A stretch of DNA of 64,000 nt from Gordius albopunctatus (Eukaryota). This document shows, piece by piece, positions 1-12,200 of this stretch; the stretch's first letter is position 1; each line of letters opens with the position of its first letter. Position numbers and translations under genes: made by a program. A model generated the notes under the pieces. The model was not told the DNA's origin, did no database searches, and worked only from the letters and a program-made list of their open reading frames with translations. The stretch lies in NCBI GenBank assembly GCA_964276515.1, contig OZ193910.1, forward strand, positions 7,068,001 through 7,132,000, written 5' to 3'.

Positions 1-57
1 AACTATTACTTTTAAATCATCATCGCATAGAGCATGTTTCAAAAATTAAGCACTCAC

Positions 58-84
58 GTTGCGATACAACAAACTAATCGCAAC
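58..84. other. Conserved inverted repeat GTTGCGAT-N11-ATCGCAAC, present in nearly every monomer
   Basis: 58-65 GTTGCGAT is the reverse complement of 77-84 ATCGCAAC. Monomers with the CACTTTGCG variant keep a 7-bp stem. Confidence 0.9.
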
Positions 85-219
85 AATATAAAGTTGACTT
101 TTCTCAAAATGATTGTTCTCGCAACTTTAAACTTCTTATAAGGAGTCGATCGAGAATAATAGGATTCTCAAATGAGCTTACTTTTATATATTTTTTCAAG
201 CTCTTTTAGATAAAATAAC

Positions 220-235
220 AAAAAATATATTTTTT
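220..235. other. 16-bp perfect palindrome AAAAAATATATTTTTT in the CAGGTTAAAA-type monomers
   Basis: Read directly at 220-235. The T-run length varies by 1 between copies. Confidence 0.85.
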
Positions 236-3200
236 CAGGTTAAAATACTTCACAATTTTTTCCTTTCAACAATATTCAACCGATGAAAGTTTTTATTTTC
301 AGACGTGATTTCCATGATAAAAAGTCAAAATTTATCAGAATTAGAAAACTATTACTTTTAAATCATCATCGCATAGAGCATGTTTCAAAGATTAAGCACT
401 CACGTTGCGATACAACAAACTAATCGCAACAATATAACGTTGTCTTTTCTCAAAATGATAGTTCTCGCAGCTTGAAACTTCTTATATGGAGTCGATCGAG
501 AAAAATAGGATTCTCAAATTAGCTTACTTTTATATATTTTTTCAAGCTCTTTTAGATAAAATAACAAAAAATCTATTTTTTCAGGTTAAAATACTTCACA
601 ATTTTTTGCTCTTAACCATATTCAACCGATGAAATTTTTTATTTTCAGACGTGATTTCCATGATAAAAAGTCAAAATTTATCAGAATTAGAAAACTATTA
701 CTTTTAAATCATCATCGCATAGAGCATGTTTCAAAGATTAAGCACTCACGTTGCGATACAACAAACTAATCGCAACAATATAACGTTGTCTTTTCTCAAA
801 ATGATAGTTCTCGCAGCTTGAAACTTCTTATATGGAGTCGATCGAGAATAATAGGATTCTCAAATTAGCTTATTTTTATATATTTTATCAAGCTCTTTTA
901 TATAAAATAATAAAAAATATATTATTTAGCTCCGTATAACTCACAATTTTTTCCATTCAACCATATTCATCCAATGAAAGTTTTATTTTCAGACGTGATT
1001 TCCATGATAAAAAGTTAAAATTTATCAGAATTAGAGAACTATTACTTTGAAATCATCCTCGCATAGAGCATGTTTCAAAAATTAAGCACTCACGTTGCGA
1101 TACAACAAACTAATCGCAACAATATAACGTTGACTTTTCTCAAAATGATTGTTCTCGCAACTTTAAACTTCTTATAAGGAGTCGATCGAGAATAATAGGA
1201 TTCTCAAATGAGCTTATTTTTATATATTTTATCAAGCTCTTTTATATAAAATAATAAAAAATATATTATTTAGCTCCGTATAACTCACAATTTTTTCCAT
1301 TCAACCATATTCATCCAATGAAAGTTTTATTTTCAGACGTGATTTCCATGATAAAAAGTTAAAATTTATCAGAATTAGAGAACTATTACTTTGAAATCAT
1401 CCTCGCATAGAGCATGTTTCAAAAATTAAGCACTCACGTTGCGATACAACAAACTAATCGCAACAATATAACGTTGACTTTTCTCAAAATGATTGTTCTC
1501 GCAACTTTAAACTTCTTATAAGGAGTCGATCGAGAATAATAGGATTCTCAAATTAGCTTATTTTTATATATTTTATCAAGCTCTTTTATATAAAATAACA
1601 CAAATTATATTTATTTAGCTCCGAATAACTCACAATTTTTTCCATTCAACCATATTCATCCAATGAAAGTTTTATTTTCCGACCTGATTTCCTTGATAAA
1701 AAGTTAAAATTTATCAGAATTAGAGAACTATTATTTGAAATCATCATCGCATTGAGCATGTTTCAAAAATTAAGCACTCACTTTGCGATACAACAAACTA
1801 ATCGCAACAATATAACGTTGTTTTTTCTCAAAATGATTGTTCTCGCAGATTAAAAATTCTTATAAGAAGTCGATCGAGAATAATAGGATTCTCAAATGAG
1901 CTTACTTTTATATATTTTTTCAAGCTCTTTTAGATAAAATAACAAAAAATATATTTTTTCAGGTTAAAATACTTCACAATTTTTTCCTTTCAACCATATT
2001 CAACCGATGAAATTTTTTATTTTCAGACGTGATTTCCATGATAAAAAGTCAAAATTTATCAGAATTAGAAAACTATTACTTTTAAATCATCATCGCATAG
2101 AGCATGTTTCAAAAATTAAGCACTCACATTGCGATACAACAAACTAATCGCAACAATACAACGTTGACTTTTCTCAAAATGATTGTTCTCGCAACTTTAA
2201 ACTTCTTATATGGAGTCGATCGAGAATAATAGGATTCTCAAATTAGCTTACTTTTATATATTTTATCAAGCTCTTTTACATAAAATAACACAAATTATAT
2301 TTATTTAGCTCCGAATAACTCACAATTTTTTCCATTCAACCATATTCATCCAATGAAAGTTTTATTTTCAGACGTGATTTCCATGATAAAAAGTTAAAAT
2401 TTATCAGAATTAGAGAACTATTACTTTGAAATCATCCTCGCATAGAGCATGTTTCAAAAATTAAGCACTCACGTTGCGATACAACAAACTAATCGCAACA
2501 ATATAACGTTGTCTTTTCTCAAAATGATAGTTCTCGCAGCTTGAAACTTCTTATATGGAGTCGATCGAGAAAAATAGGATTCTCAAATGAGCTTACTTTT
2601 TTATATTTTTTCAAGCTCTTTTACATAAAATAACAAAAAATATATTTTTTCAGGTTAAAATACTTCACAATTTTTTCCTTTCAACCATATTCAACCGATG
2701 AAATTTTTTATTTTCAGACGTGATTTCCATGATAAAAAGTCAAAATTTATCAGAATTAGAAAACTATTACTTTTAAATCATCATCGCATAGAGCATGTTT
2801 CAAAAATTAAGCACTCACGTTGCGATACAACAAATTAATCGCAACAATATAACGTTGACTTTTCTCAAAATGATTGTTCTCGCAACTTTAAACTTCTTAT
2901 ATGGAGTCGATCGAGAATAATAGGATTCTCAAATTAGCTTACTTTTATATATTTTATCAAGCTCTTTTACATAAAATAACACAAATTATATTTATTTAGC
3001 TCCGAATAACTCACAATTTTTTCCATTCAACCATATTCATCCAATGAAAGTTTTATTTTCCGACCTGATTTCCATGATAAAAAGTTAAAATTTATCAGAA
3101 TTAGAGAACTATTATTTGAAATCATCATCGCATAGAGCATGTTTCAAAAATTAAGCACTCACTTTGCGATACAACAAACTAATCGCAACAATATAACGTT

Positions 3201-6200
3201 GTTTTTTCTCAAAATGATTGTTCTCGCAGATTAAAAATTCTTATAAGGAGTCGATCGAGAATAATAGGATTCTCAAATGAGCTTACTTTTATATATTTTT
3301 TCAAGCTCTTTTACATAAAATAACAAAAAATATATTTTTCAGGTTAAAATAATTCACAATTTTTTCCTTTCAACCATATTCAACCGATGAAAGTTTTTAT
3401 TTTCAGACGTGATTTCCATGATAAAAAGTCAAAATTTATCAGAATTAGAGAACTATTATTTAAAATCATCATCGCATAGAGCATGTTTCAAAGATTAAGC
3501 ACTCACGTTGCGATACAACAAACTAATCGCAACAATATAACGTTGTCTTTTCTCAAAATGATAGTTCTCGCAGCTTGAAACTTCTTATATGGAGTCGATC
3601 GAGAAAAATAGGATTCTCAAATGAGCTTACTTTTTTATATTTTTTCAAGCTCTTTTACATAAAATAACAAAAAATATATTTTTCAGGTTAAAATAATTCA
3701 CAATTTTTTCCTTTCAACCATATTCAACCGATGAAAGTTTTTATTTTCAGACGTGATTTCCATGATAAAAAGTCAAAATTTATCAGAATTAGAAAACTAT
3801 TACTTTTAAATCATCATCGCATAGAGCATTTTTCAAAAATTAGGCACTCACGTTGCGATACAAAAAACTAATCGCAACAATATAACGTTCTCCTTTTCTC
3901 AAAATGATTGTTCTCGCAGCTTAAAAATTCTTATAAGGAGTCGATCGAGAATAATAGGATTCTCAAATGAGCTTACTTTTATATATTTTTTCAAGCTCTT
4001 TTAGATAAAATAACAAAAAATATATTTTTTCAGGTTAAAATACTTCACAATTTTTTCCTTTCAACCATATTCAACCGATGAAATTTTTTATTTTCAGACG
4101 TGATTTCCATGATAAAAAGTCAAAATTTATCAGAATTAGAAAACTATTACTTTTAAATCATCATCGCATAGAGCATGTTTCAAAAATTAAGCACTCACGT
4201 TGCGATACAACAAACTAATCGCAACAATATAAAGTTGACTTTTCTCAAAATGATTGTTCTCGCAACTTTAAACTTCTTATAAGGAGTCGATCGAGAATAA
4301 TAGGATTCTCAAATGAGCTTACTTTTATATATTTTTTCAAGCTCTTTTAGATAAAATAACAAAAAATATATTTTTTCAGGTTAAAATACTTCACAATTTT
4401 TTCCTTTCAACAATATTCAACCGATGAAAGTTTTTATTTTCAGACGTGATTTCCATGATAAAAAGTCAAAATTTATCAGAATTAGAAAACTATTACTTTT
4501 AAATCATCATCGCATAGAGCATGTTTCAAAGATTAAGCACTCACGTTGCGATACAACAAACTAATCGCAACAATATAACGTTGTCTTTTCTCAAAATGAT
4601 AGTTCTCGCAGCTTGAAACTTCTTATATGGAGTCGATCGAGAAAAATAGGATTCTCAAATGAGCTTACTTTTTTATATTTTTTCAAGCTCTTTTACATAA
4701 AATAACAAAAAATATGATTTTTCAGGTTAAAATAATTCACAATTTTTTCCTTTCATTCATATTCAACCGATGAAAGTTTTTATTTTCAGACGTGATTTCC
4801 ATGATAAAAAGTTAAAATTTATTAGAATTAGAGAACTATTATTTGAAATCATCATCGCATACAGCATGTTTCAAAAATTAAGCACTCACGTTGCGATACA
4901 ACAAACTAATCGCAACAATATAACGTTGTCTTTTCTCAATATGATAGTTCTCGCAGCTTGAAACTTCTTATATGGAGTCGATCGAGAAAAATAGGATTCT
5001 CAAATGAGCTTACTTTTTATATTTTTTCAAGCTCTTTTACATAAAATAACAAAAAATATATTTTTTCAGGTTAAAATAATTCACAATTTTTTCCTTTCAA
5101 CCATATTCAACCGATGAAAGTTTTTATTTTCAGACGTGATTTCCATGATAAAAAGTCAAAATTTATCAGAATTAGAGAACTATTACTTTTAAATCATCAT
5201 CGCATAGAGCATTTTTCAAAGATTAAGCACTCACGTTGCGATACAACAAACTAATCGCAACAATATAACGTTGTCTTTTCTCAAAATGATAGTTCTCGCA
5301 GCTTGAAACTTCTTATATGGAGTCGATCGAGAAAAATAGGATTCTCAAATGAGCTTACTTTTTTATATTTTTTCAAGCTCTTTTACATAAAATAACAAAA
5401 AATATATTTTTCAGGTTAAAATAATTCACAATTTTTTCCTTTCAACCATATTCAACCGATGAAAGTTTTTATTTTGAGACGTGATTTCCATGATAAAAAG
5501 TCAAAATTTATCAGAATTAGAAAACTATTACTTTTAAATCATCATCGCATAGAGCATGTTTCAAAGATTAAGCACTCACGTTGCGATACAACAAACTAAT
5601 CGCAACAATATAACGTTGTCTTTTCTCAAAATGATAGTTCTCGCAGCTTGAAACTTCTTATATGGAGTCGATCGAGAAAAATAGGATTCTCAAATGAGCT
5701 TAATTTTTTATATTTTTTCAAGCTCTTTTACATAAAATAACAAAAAATATGATTTTTCAGGTTAAAATAATTCACAATTTTTTCCTTTCATTCATATTCA
5801 ACCGATGAAAGTTTTTATTTTCAGACGTGATTTCCATGATAAAAAGTTAAAATTTATCAGAATTTGAAAACTATTACTTTTAAATCATCATCGCATAGAG
5901 CATGTTTCAAAAATTAAGCACTCACGTTGCGATACAACAAACTAATCGCAACAATATAACGTTGACTTTTCTCAAAATGATTGTTCTCGCAACTTTAAAC
6001 TTCTTATAAGGATTCGATCGAGAATAATAGGATTCTCAAATTAGCTTACTTTTATATATTTTATCAAGCTCTTTTACATAAAATAACACAAATTATATTT
6101 ATTTAGCTCCGAATAACTCACAATTTTTTCCATTCAACCATATTCATCCAATGAAAGTTTTATTTTCAGACGTGATTTCCATGATAAAAAGTTAAAATTT

Positions 6201-9200
6201 ATCAGAATTAGAGAACTATTACTTTGAAATCATCCTCGCATAGAGCATGTTTCAAAAATTAAGCACTCACGTTGCGATACAACAAACTAATCGCAACAAT
6301 ATAAGGTTGTCTTTTCTCAAAATGATAGTTCTCGCAGCTTGAAACTTCTTTTATGGAGTCGATCGAGAATAATAGGATTCTTAAATGAGCTTACTTTTAA
6401 ATATTTTTTCAAGCTCTTTTACATAAAATAACAAAAATTATATTTTTTTAGCTCCGAATAATTCACAATTTTTTGCTTTCAAATCATATTCATCCGATGA
6501 AAGTTTTTATTTTCAGACGTGATTTCCATGATAAAAAGTCAAAATTTAACAGAATTAGAGAACTATTACTTTGAAATCATCATCGCATAGAGCATGTTTC
6601 AAAAATTAAGCACTCACGTTGCGATACAACAAACTAATCGCAACAATATAACGTTGTCTTTTCTCAAAATGATAGTTCTCGCAGCGTAAAAATTCTTATA
6701 AGGAGTCGATCGAGAATAATACGATTCTCAAATTAGCTTATTTTTATATATTTTATCAAGCTCTTTTATATAAAATAATAAAAAATATATTATTTAGCTC
6801 CGAATAACTCACAATTTTTTCCATTCAACCATATTCATCCAATGAAAGTTTTATTTTCCGACCTGATTTCCATGATAAAAAGTTAAAATTTATCAGAATT
6901 AGAGAACTATTACTTTTAAATCATCATCGCATAGAGCATGTTTCAAAAATTAAGCACTCACTTTGCGATACAAGAAACTAATCGCAACAATATAACGTTG
7001 TCTTTTCTCAAAATGATTGTTCTCGCAGATTAAAAATTTTTATAAGGAGTCGATCGAGAATAATAGGATTCTCAAATGAGCTTACTTTTATATATTTTTT
7101 CAAGCTCTTTTACATAAAATAACAAAAAATATATTTTTTCAGGTTAAAATAATTCACAATTTTTTCCTTTCAAACATATTCATCCGATAAAAGTTGTTAT
7201 TTTCAGACGTGATTTCCATGATAAAAAGTTAAAATTTATCAGAATTAGAGAACTATTACTTTGAAATCATCCTCGCATAGAGCATGTTTCAAAAATTAAG
7301 CACTCACGTTGCGATACAACAAACTAATCGCAACAATATAACGTTGTCTTTTCTCAAAATGATAGTTCTCGCAGCTTGAAACTTCTTATATGGAGTCGAT
7401 CGAGAATAATATTATTCTCAAATGAGCTTACTTTTAAATATTTTTTCAAGCTCTTTTATATAAAATAACAAAAATTATATTTTTTTAGCTCCGAATAATT
7501 CACAATATTTTCCTTTCAACCATATTCAACCGATGAAAGTTTTTATTTTCAGACGTGATTTCCATGATAAAAAGTTAAAACTTATCAGAATTAGAGAACT
7601 ATTACTTTGAAATCATCCTCGCATAGAGCATGTTTCAAAAATTAAGCACTCACGTTGCGATACAACAAACTAATCGCAACAATATAACGTTGTCTTTTCT
7701 CAAAATGATAGTTCTCGCAGCGTAAAAATTCTTATAAGGAGTCGATCGAGAATAATACGATTCTCAAATTAGCTTATTTTTATATATTTTATCAAGCTCT
7801 TTTATATAAAATAATAAAAAATATATTATTTAGCTCCGAATAACTCACAATTTTTTCCATTCAACCATATTCATCCAATGAAAGTTTTATTTTCCGACCT
7901 GATTTCCATGATAAAAAGTTAAAATTTATCAGAATTAGAGAACTATTATTTAAAATCATCATCGCATAGAGCATGTTTCAAAAATTAAGCACTCACTTTG
8001 CGATACAACAAACTAATCGCAACAATATAACGTTGTCTTTTCTCAAAATGATAGTTCTCGCAGCTTGAAACTTCTTATATGGAGTCGATCGAGAAAAATA
8101 GGATTCTCAAATGAGCTTACTTTTTTATATTTTTTCAAGCTCTTTTACATAAAATAACAAAAAATATATTTTTCAGGTTAAAATAATTCACAATTTTTTC
8201 CTTTCAACCATATTCAACCGATGAAAGTTTTTATTTTCAGACGTGATTTCCATGATAAAAAGTCAAAATTTATCAGAATTAGAGAACTATTACTTTGAAA
8301 TCATCCTCGCATAGAGCATGTTTCAAAAATTAAGCACTCACGTTGCGATACAACAAACTAATCGCAACAATATAACGTTGTCTTTTCTCAAAATGATAGT
8401 TCTCGCAGCTTGAAACTTCTTATATGGAGTCGATCGAGAAAAATAGGATTCTCAAATGAGCTTACTTTTTTATATTTTTTCAAGCTCTTTTACATAAAAT
8501 AACAAAAAATATATTTTTCAGGTTAAAATAATTCACAATTTTTTCCTTTCAACCATATTCAACCGATGAAAGTTTTTATTTTCAGACGTGATTTCCATGA
8601 TAAAAAGTCAAAATTTATCAGAATTAGAGAACTATTACTTTTAAATCATCATCGCATAGAGCATTTTTCAAAGATTAAGCACTCACGTTGCGATACAACA
8701 AACTAATCGCAACAATATAACGTTGTCTTTTCTCAAAATGATTGTTCTCGCAGATTAAAAATTCTTATAAGGAGTCGATCGAGAATAATAGGATTCTCAA
8801 ATGAGCTTACTTTTATATATTTTTTCAAGCTCTTTTACATAAAATAACAAAAAATATATTTTTCAGGTTAAAATAATTCACAATTTTTTCCTTTCAACCA
8901 TATTCAACTGATGAAAGTTTTTATTTTCAGACGTGATTTCCATGATAAAAAGTCAAAATTTATCAGAATTAGAGAACTATTATTTAAAATCATCATCGCA
9001 TAGAGCATGTTTCAAAGATTAAGCACTCACGTTGCGATACAACAAACTAATCGCAACAATATAACGTTGTCTTTTCTCAAAATGATAGTTCTCGCAGCTT
9101 GAAACTTCTTATATGGAGTCGATCGAGAAAAATAGGATTCTCAAATGAGCTTACTTTTTTATATTTTTTCAAGCTCTTTTACATAAAATAACAAAAAATA

Positions 9201-12200
9201 TATTTTTCAGGTTAAAATAATTCACAATTTTTTCCTTTCAACCATATTCAACCGATGAAAGTTTTTATTTTCAGACGTGATTTCCATGATAAAAAGTCAA
9301 AATTTATCAGAATTAGAGAACTATTACTTTGAAATCATCCTCGCATAGAGCATGTTTCAAAAATTAAGCACTCACGTTGCGATACAACAAACTAATCGCA
9401 ACAATATAACGTTGTCTTTTCTCAAAATGATAGTTCTCGCAGCTTGAAACTTCTTATATGGAGTCGATCGAGAATAATATTATTCTCAAATGAGCTTACT
9501 TTTAAATATTTTTTCAAGCTCTTTTATATAAAATAACAAAAATTATATTTTTTTAGCTCCGAATAATTCACAATATTTTCCTTTCAACCATATTCAACCG
9601 ATGAAAGTTTTTATTTTCAGACGTGATTTCCATGATAAAAAGTTAAAACTTATCAGAATTAGAGAACTATTACTTTGAAATCATCCTCGCATAGAGCATG
9701 TTTCAAAAATTAAGCACTCACGTTGCGATACAACAAACTAATCGCAACAATATAACGTTGTCTTTTCTCAAAATGATAGTTCTCGCAGCGTAAAAATTCT
9801 TATAAGGAGTCGATCGAGAATAATAGGATTCTCAAATGAGCTTACTTTTATATATTTTTTCAAGCTCTTTTACATAAAATAACAAAAAATATATTTTTCA
9901 GGTTAAAATAATTCACAATTTTTTCCTTTCAACCATATTCAACTGATGAAAGTTTTTATTTTCAGACGTGATTTCCATGATAAAAAGTCAAAATTTATCA
10001 GAATTAGAGAACTATTATTTAAAATCATCATCGCATAGAGCATGTTTCAAAGATTAAGCACTCACGTTGCGATACAACAAACTAATCGCAACAATATAAC
10101 GTTGTCTTTTCTCAAAATGATAGTTCTCGCAGCTTGAAACTTCTTATATGGAGTCGATCGAGAAAAATAGGATTCTCAAATGAGCTTACTTTTTTATATT
10201 TTTTCAAGCTCTTTTACATAAAATAACAAAAAATATATTTTTCAGGTTAAAATAATTCACAATTTTTTCCTTTCAACCATATTCAACCGATGAAAGTTTT
10301 TATTTTCAGACGTGATTTCCATGATAAAAAGTCAAAATTTATCAGAATTAGAGAACTATTACTTTTAAATCATCATCGCATAGAGCATTTTTCAAAGATT
10401 AAGCACTCACGTTGCGATACAACAAACTAATCGCAACAATATAACGTTGTCTTTTCTCAAAATGATTGTTCTCGCAGATTAAAAATTGTTATAAGGAGTC
10501 GATCGAGAATAATAGGATTCTCAAATGAGCTTACTTTTATATATTTTTTCAAGCTCACTTAGATAAAATAACAAAAAATATATTTTTTCAGGTTAAAATA
10601 CTTCACAATTTTTTCCTTTCAAATCATATTCATCCGATGAAAGTTGTTATTTTCAGACGTGATTTCCATGATAAAAAGTTAAAATTTATCAGAATTAGAG
10701 AACTATTACTTTGAAATCATCATCGCATAGAGCATTTTTCAAAAATTAAGCACTCACGTTGCGATACAACAAACTAATCGCAACAATATAACGTTGTCTT
10801 TTCTTAAAATGATAGTTCTCGCAGCTTGAAACTTCTTATATGGAGTCGATCGAGAAAAATAGGATTCTCAAATGAGCTTACTTTTTTATATTTTTTCAAG
10901 CTCTTTTACATAAAATAACAAAAAATATATTTTTCAGGTTAAAATAATTCACAATTTTTTCCTTTCAACCATATTCAACCGATGAAAGTTTTTATTTTCA
11001 GACGTGATTTCCATGATAAAAAGTCAAAATTTATCAGAATTAGAGAACTATTACTTTTAAATCATCATCGCATAGAGCATTTTTCAAAGATTAAGCACTC
11101 ACGTTGCGATACAACAAACTAATCGCAACAATATAACGTTGTCTTTTCTCAAAATGATTGTTCTCGCAGATTAAAAATTGTTATAAGGAGTCGATCGAGA
11201 ATAATAGGATTCTCAAATGAGCTTACTTTTATATATTTTTTCAAGCTCTTTTACATAAAATAACAAAAAATATATTTTTTCAGGTTAAAATAATTCATAA
11301 TTTTTTCCTTCCAAACATATTCATCCGATAAAAGTTGTTATTTTCAGACGTGATTTCCATGATAAAAGTTAAAATTTATCAGAATTAGAAAACTATTACT
11401 TTTAAATCATCATCGCATAGAGCATGTTTCAAAGATTAAGCACTCACGTTGCGATACAACAAACTAATCGCAACAATATAACGTTGTCTTTTCTCAAAAT
11501 GATAGTTCTCGCAGCTTGAAACTTCTTATATGGAGTCGATCGAGAAAAATAGGATTCTCAAATGAGCTTACTTTTTTATATTTTTTCAAGCTCTTTTACA
11601 TAAAATAACAAAAAATATATTTTTTCAGGTTAAAATAATTCACAATTTTTTCCTTTCAACCATATTCAACCGATGAAAGTTTTTATTTTCAGACGTGATT
11701 TCCATGATAAAAAGTCAAAATTTATCAGAATTAGAGAACTATTACTTTGAAATCATCCTCGCATAGAGCATGTTTCAAAAATTAAGCACTCACGTTGCGA
11801 TACAACAAACTAATCGCAACAATATAACGTTGTCTTTTCTCAAAATGATAGTTCTCGCAGCGTAAAAATTCTTATAAGGAGTCGATCGAGAATAATACGA
11901 TTCTCAAATTAGCTTATTTTTATATATTTTATCAAGCTCTTTTATATAAAATAATAAAAAATATATTATTTAGCTCCGAATAACTCTTATTTTTCCATTC
12001 AACCATATTCATCCAATGAAAGTTTTATTTTCCGACCTGATTTCCATGATAAAAAGTTAAAATTTATCAGAATTAGAGAACTATTATTTAAAATCATCAT
12101 CGCATAGAGCATGTTTCAAAAATTAAGCACTCACTTTGCGATACAACAAACTAATCGCAACAATATAACGTTGTTTTTTCTCAAAATGATTGTTCTCGCA

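Larger units (their letters stand above)
1..346 (+). repeat. Representative satellite monomer (346 bp; arbitrary phase)
   Basis: Sequence 1-346 is repeated from 347 with only scattered substitutions. Hand count gives C=55, G=38. Confidence 0.97.

Noticed and set aside
1..182. Possible ~130-bp internal direct sub-repeat (1-54 versus 130-182)
   Set aside because: The similarity is patchy, needs gaps and is plausible by chance at 73% AT.
230..302. Splice-acceptor-like TTTTCAG motifs (two per monomer)
   Set aside because: They are plausible by chance in T-rich DNA, one is polymorphic (TTTTTAG or TTAGCTCC), and there is no exon structure.
1..346. Assignment to a named satellite family (e.g. Drosophila 359-bp, ~340-360 bp beetle satellites, alpha-satellite dimer)
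   Set aside because: Only the length and AT content are similar. I do not recognise the sequence, so a BLAST/Dfam search is required.
1..346. CENP-B box
   Set aside because: I saw no TTCG-N4-A-N2-CGGG match on either strand.
1..346. Tandem 5S rRNA, tRNA, snRNA or spliced-leader gene array
   Set aside because: I found no recognisable RNA gene sequence, cloverleaf or Pol III A/B boxes, and the unit is very AT-rich throughout. An Rfam search would settle it.
4770..4961. 63-aa ORF (MKVFIFRRDF...)
   Set aside because: It lies entirely in satellite sequence. It is open only because a private TAG>TAC change at 4860-4862 coincides with a 1-bp deletion allele. Other copies are closed, and I recognise no protein similarity.
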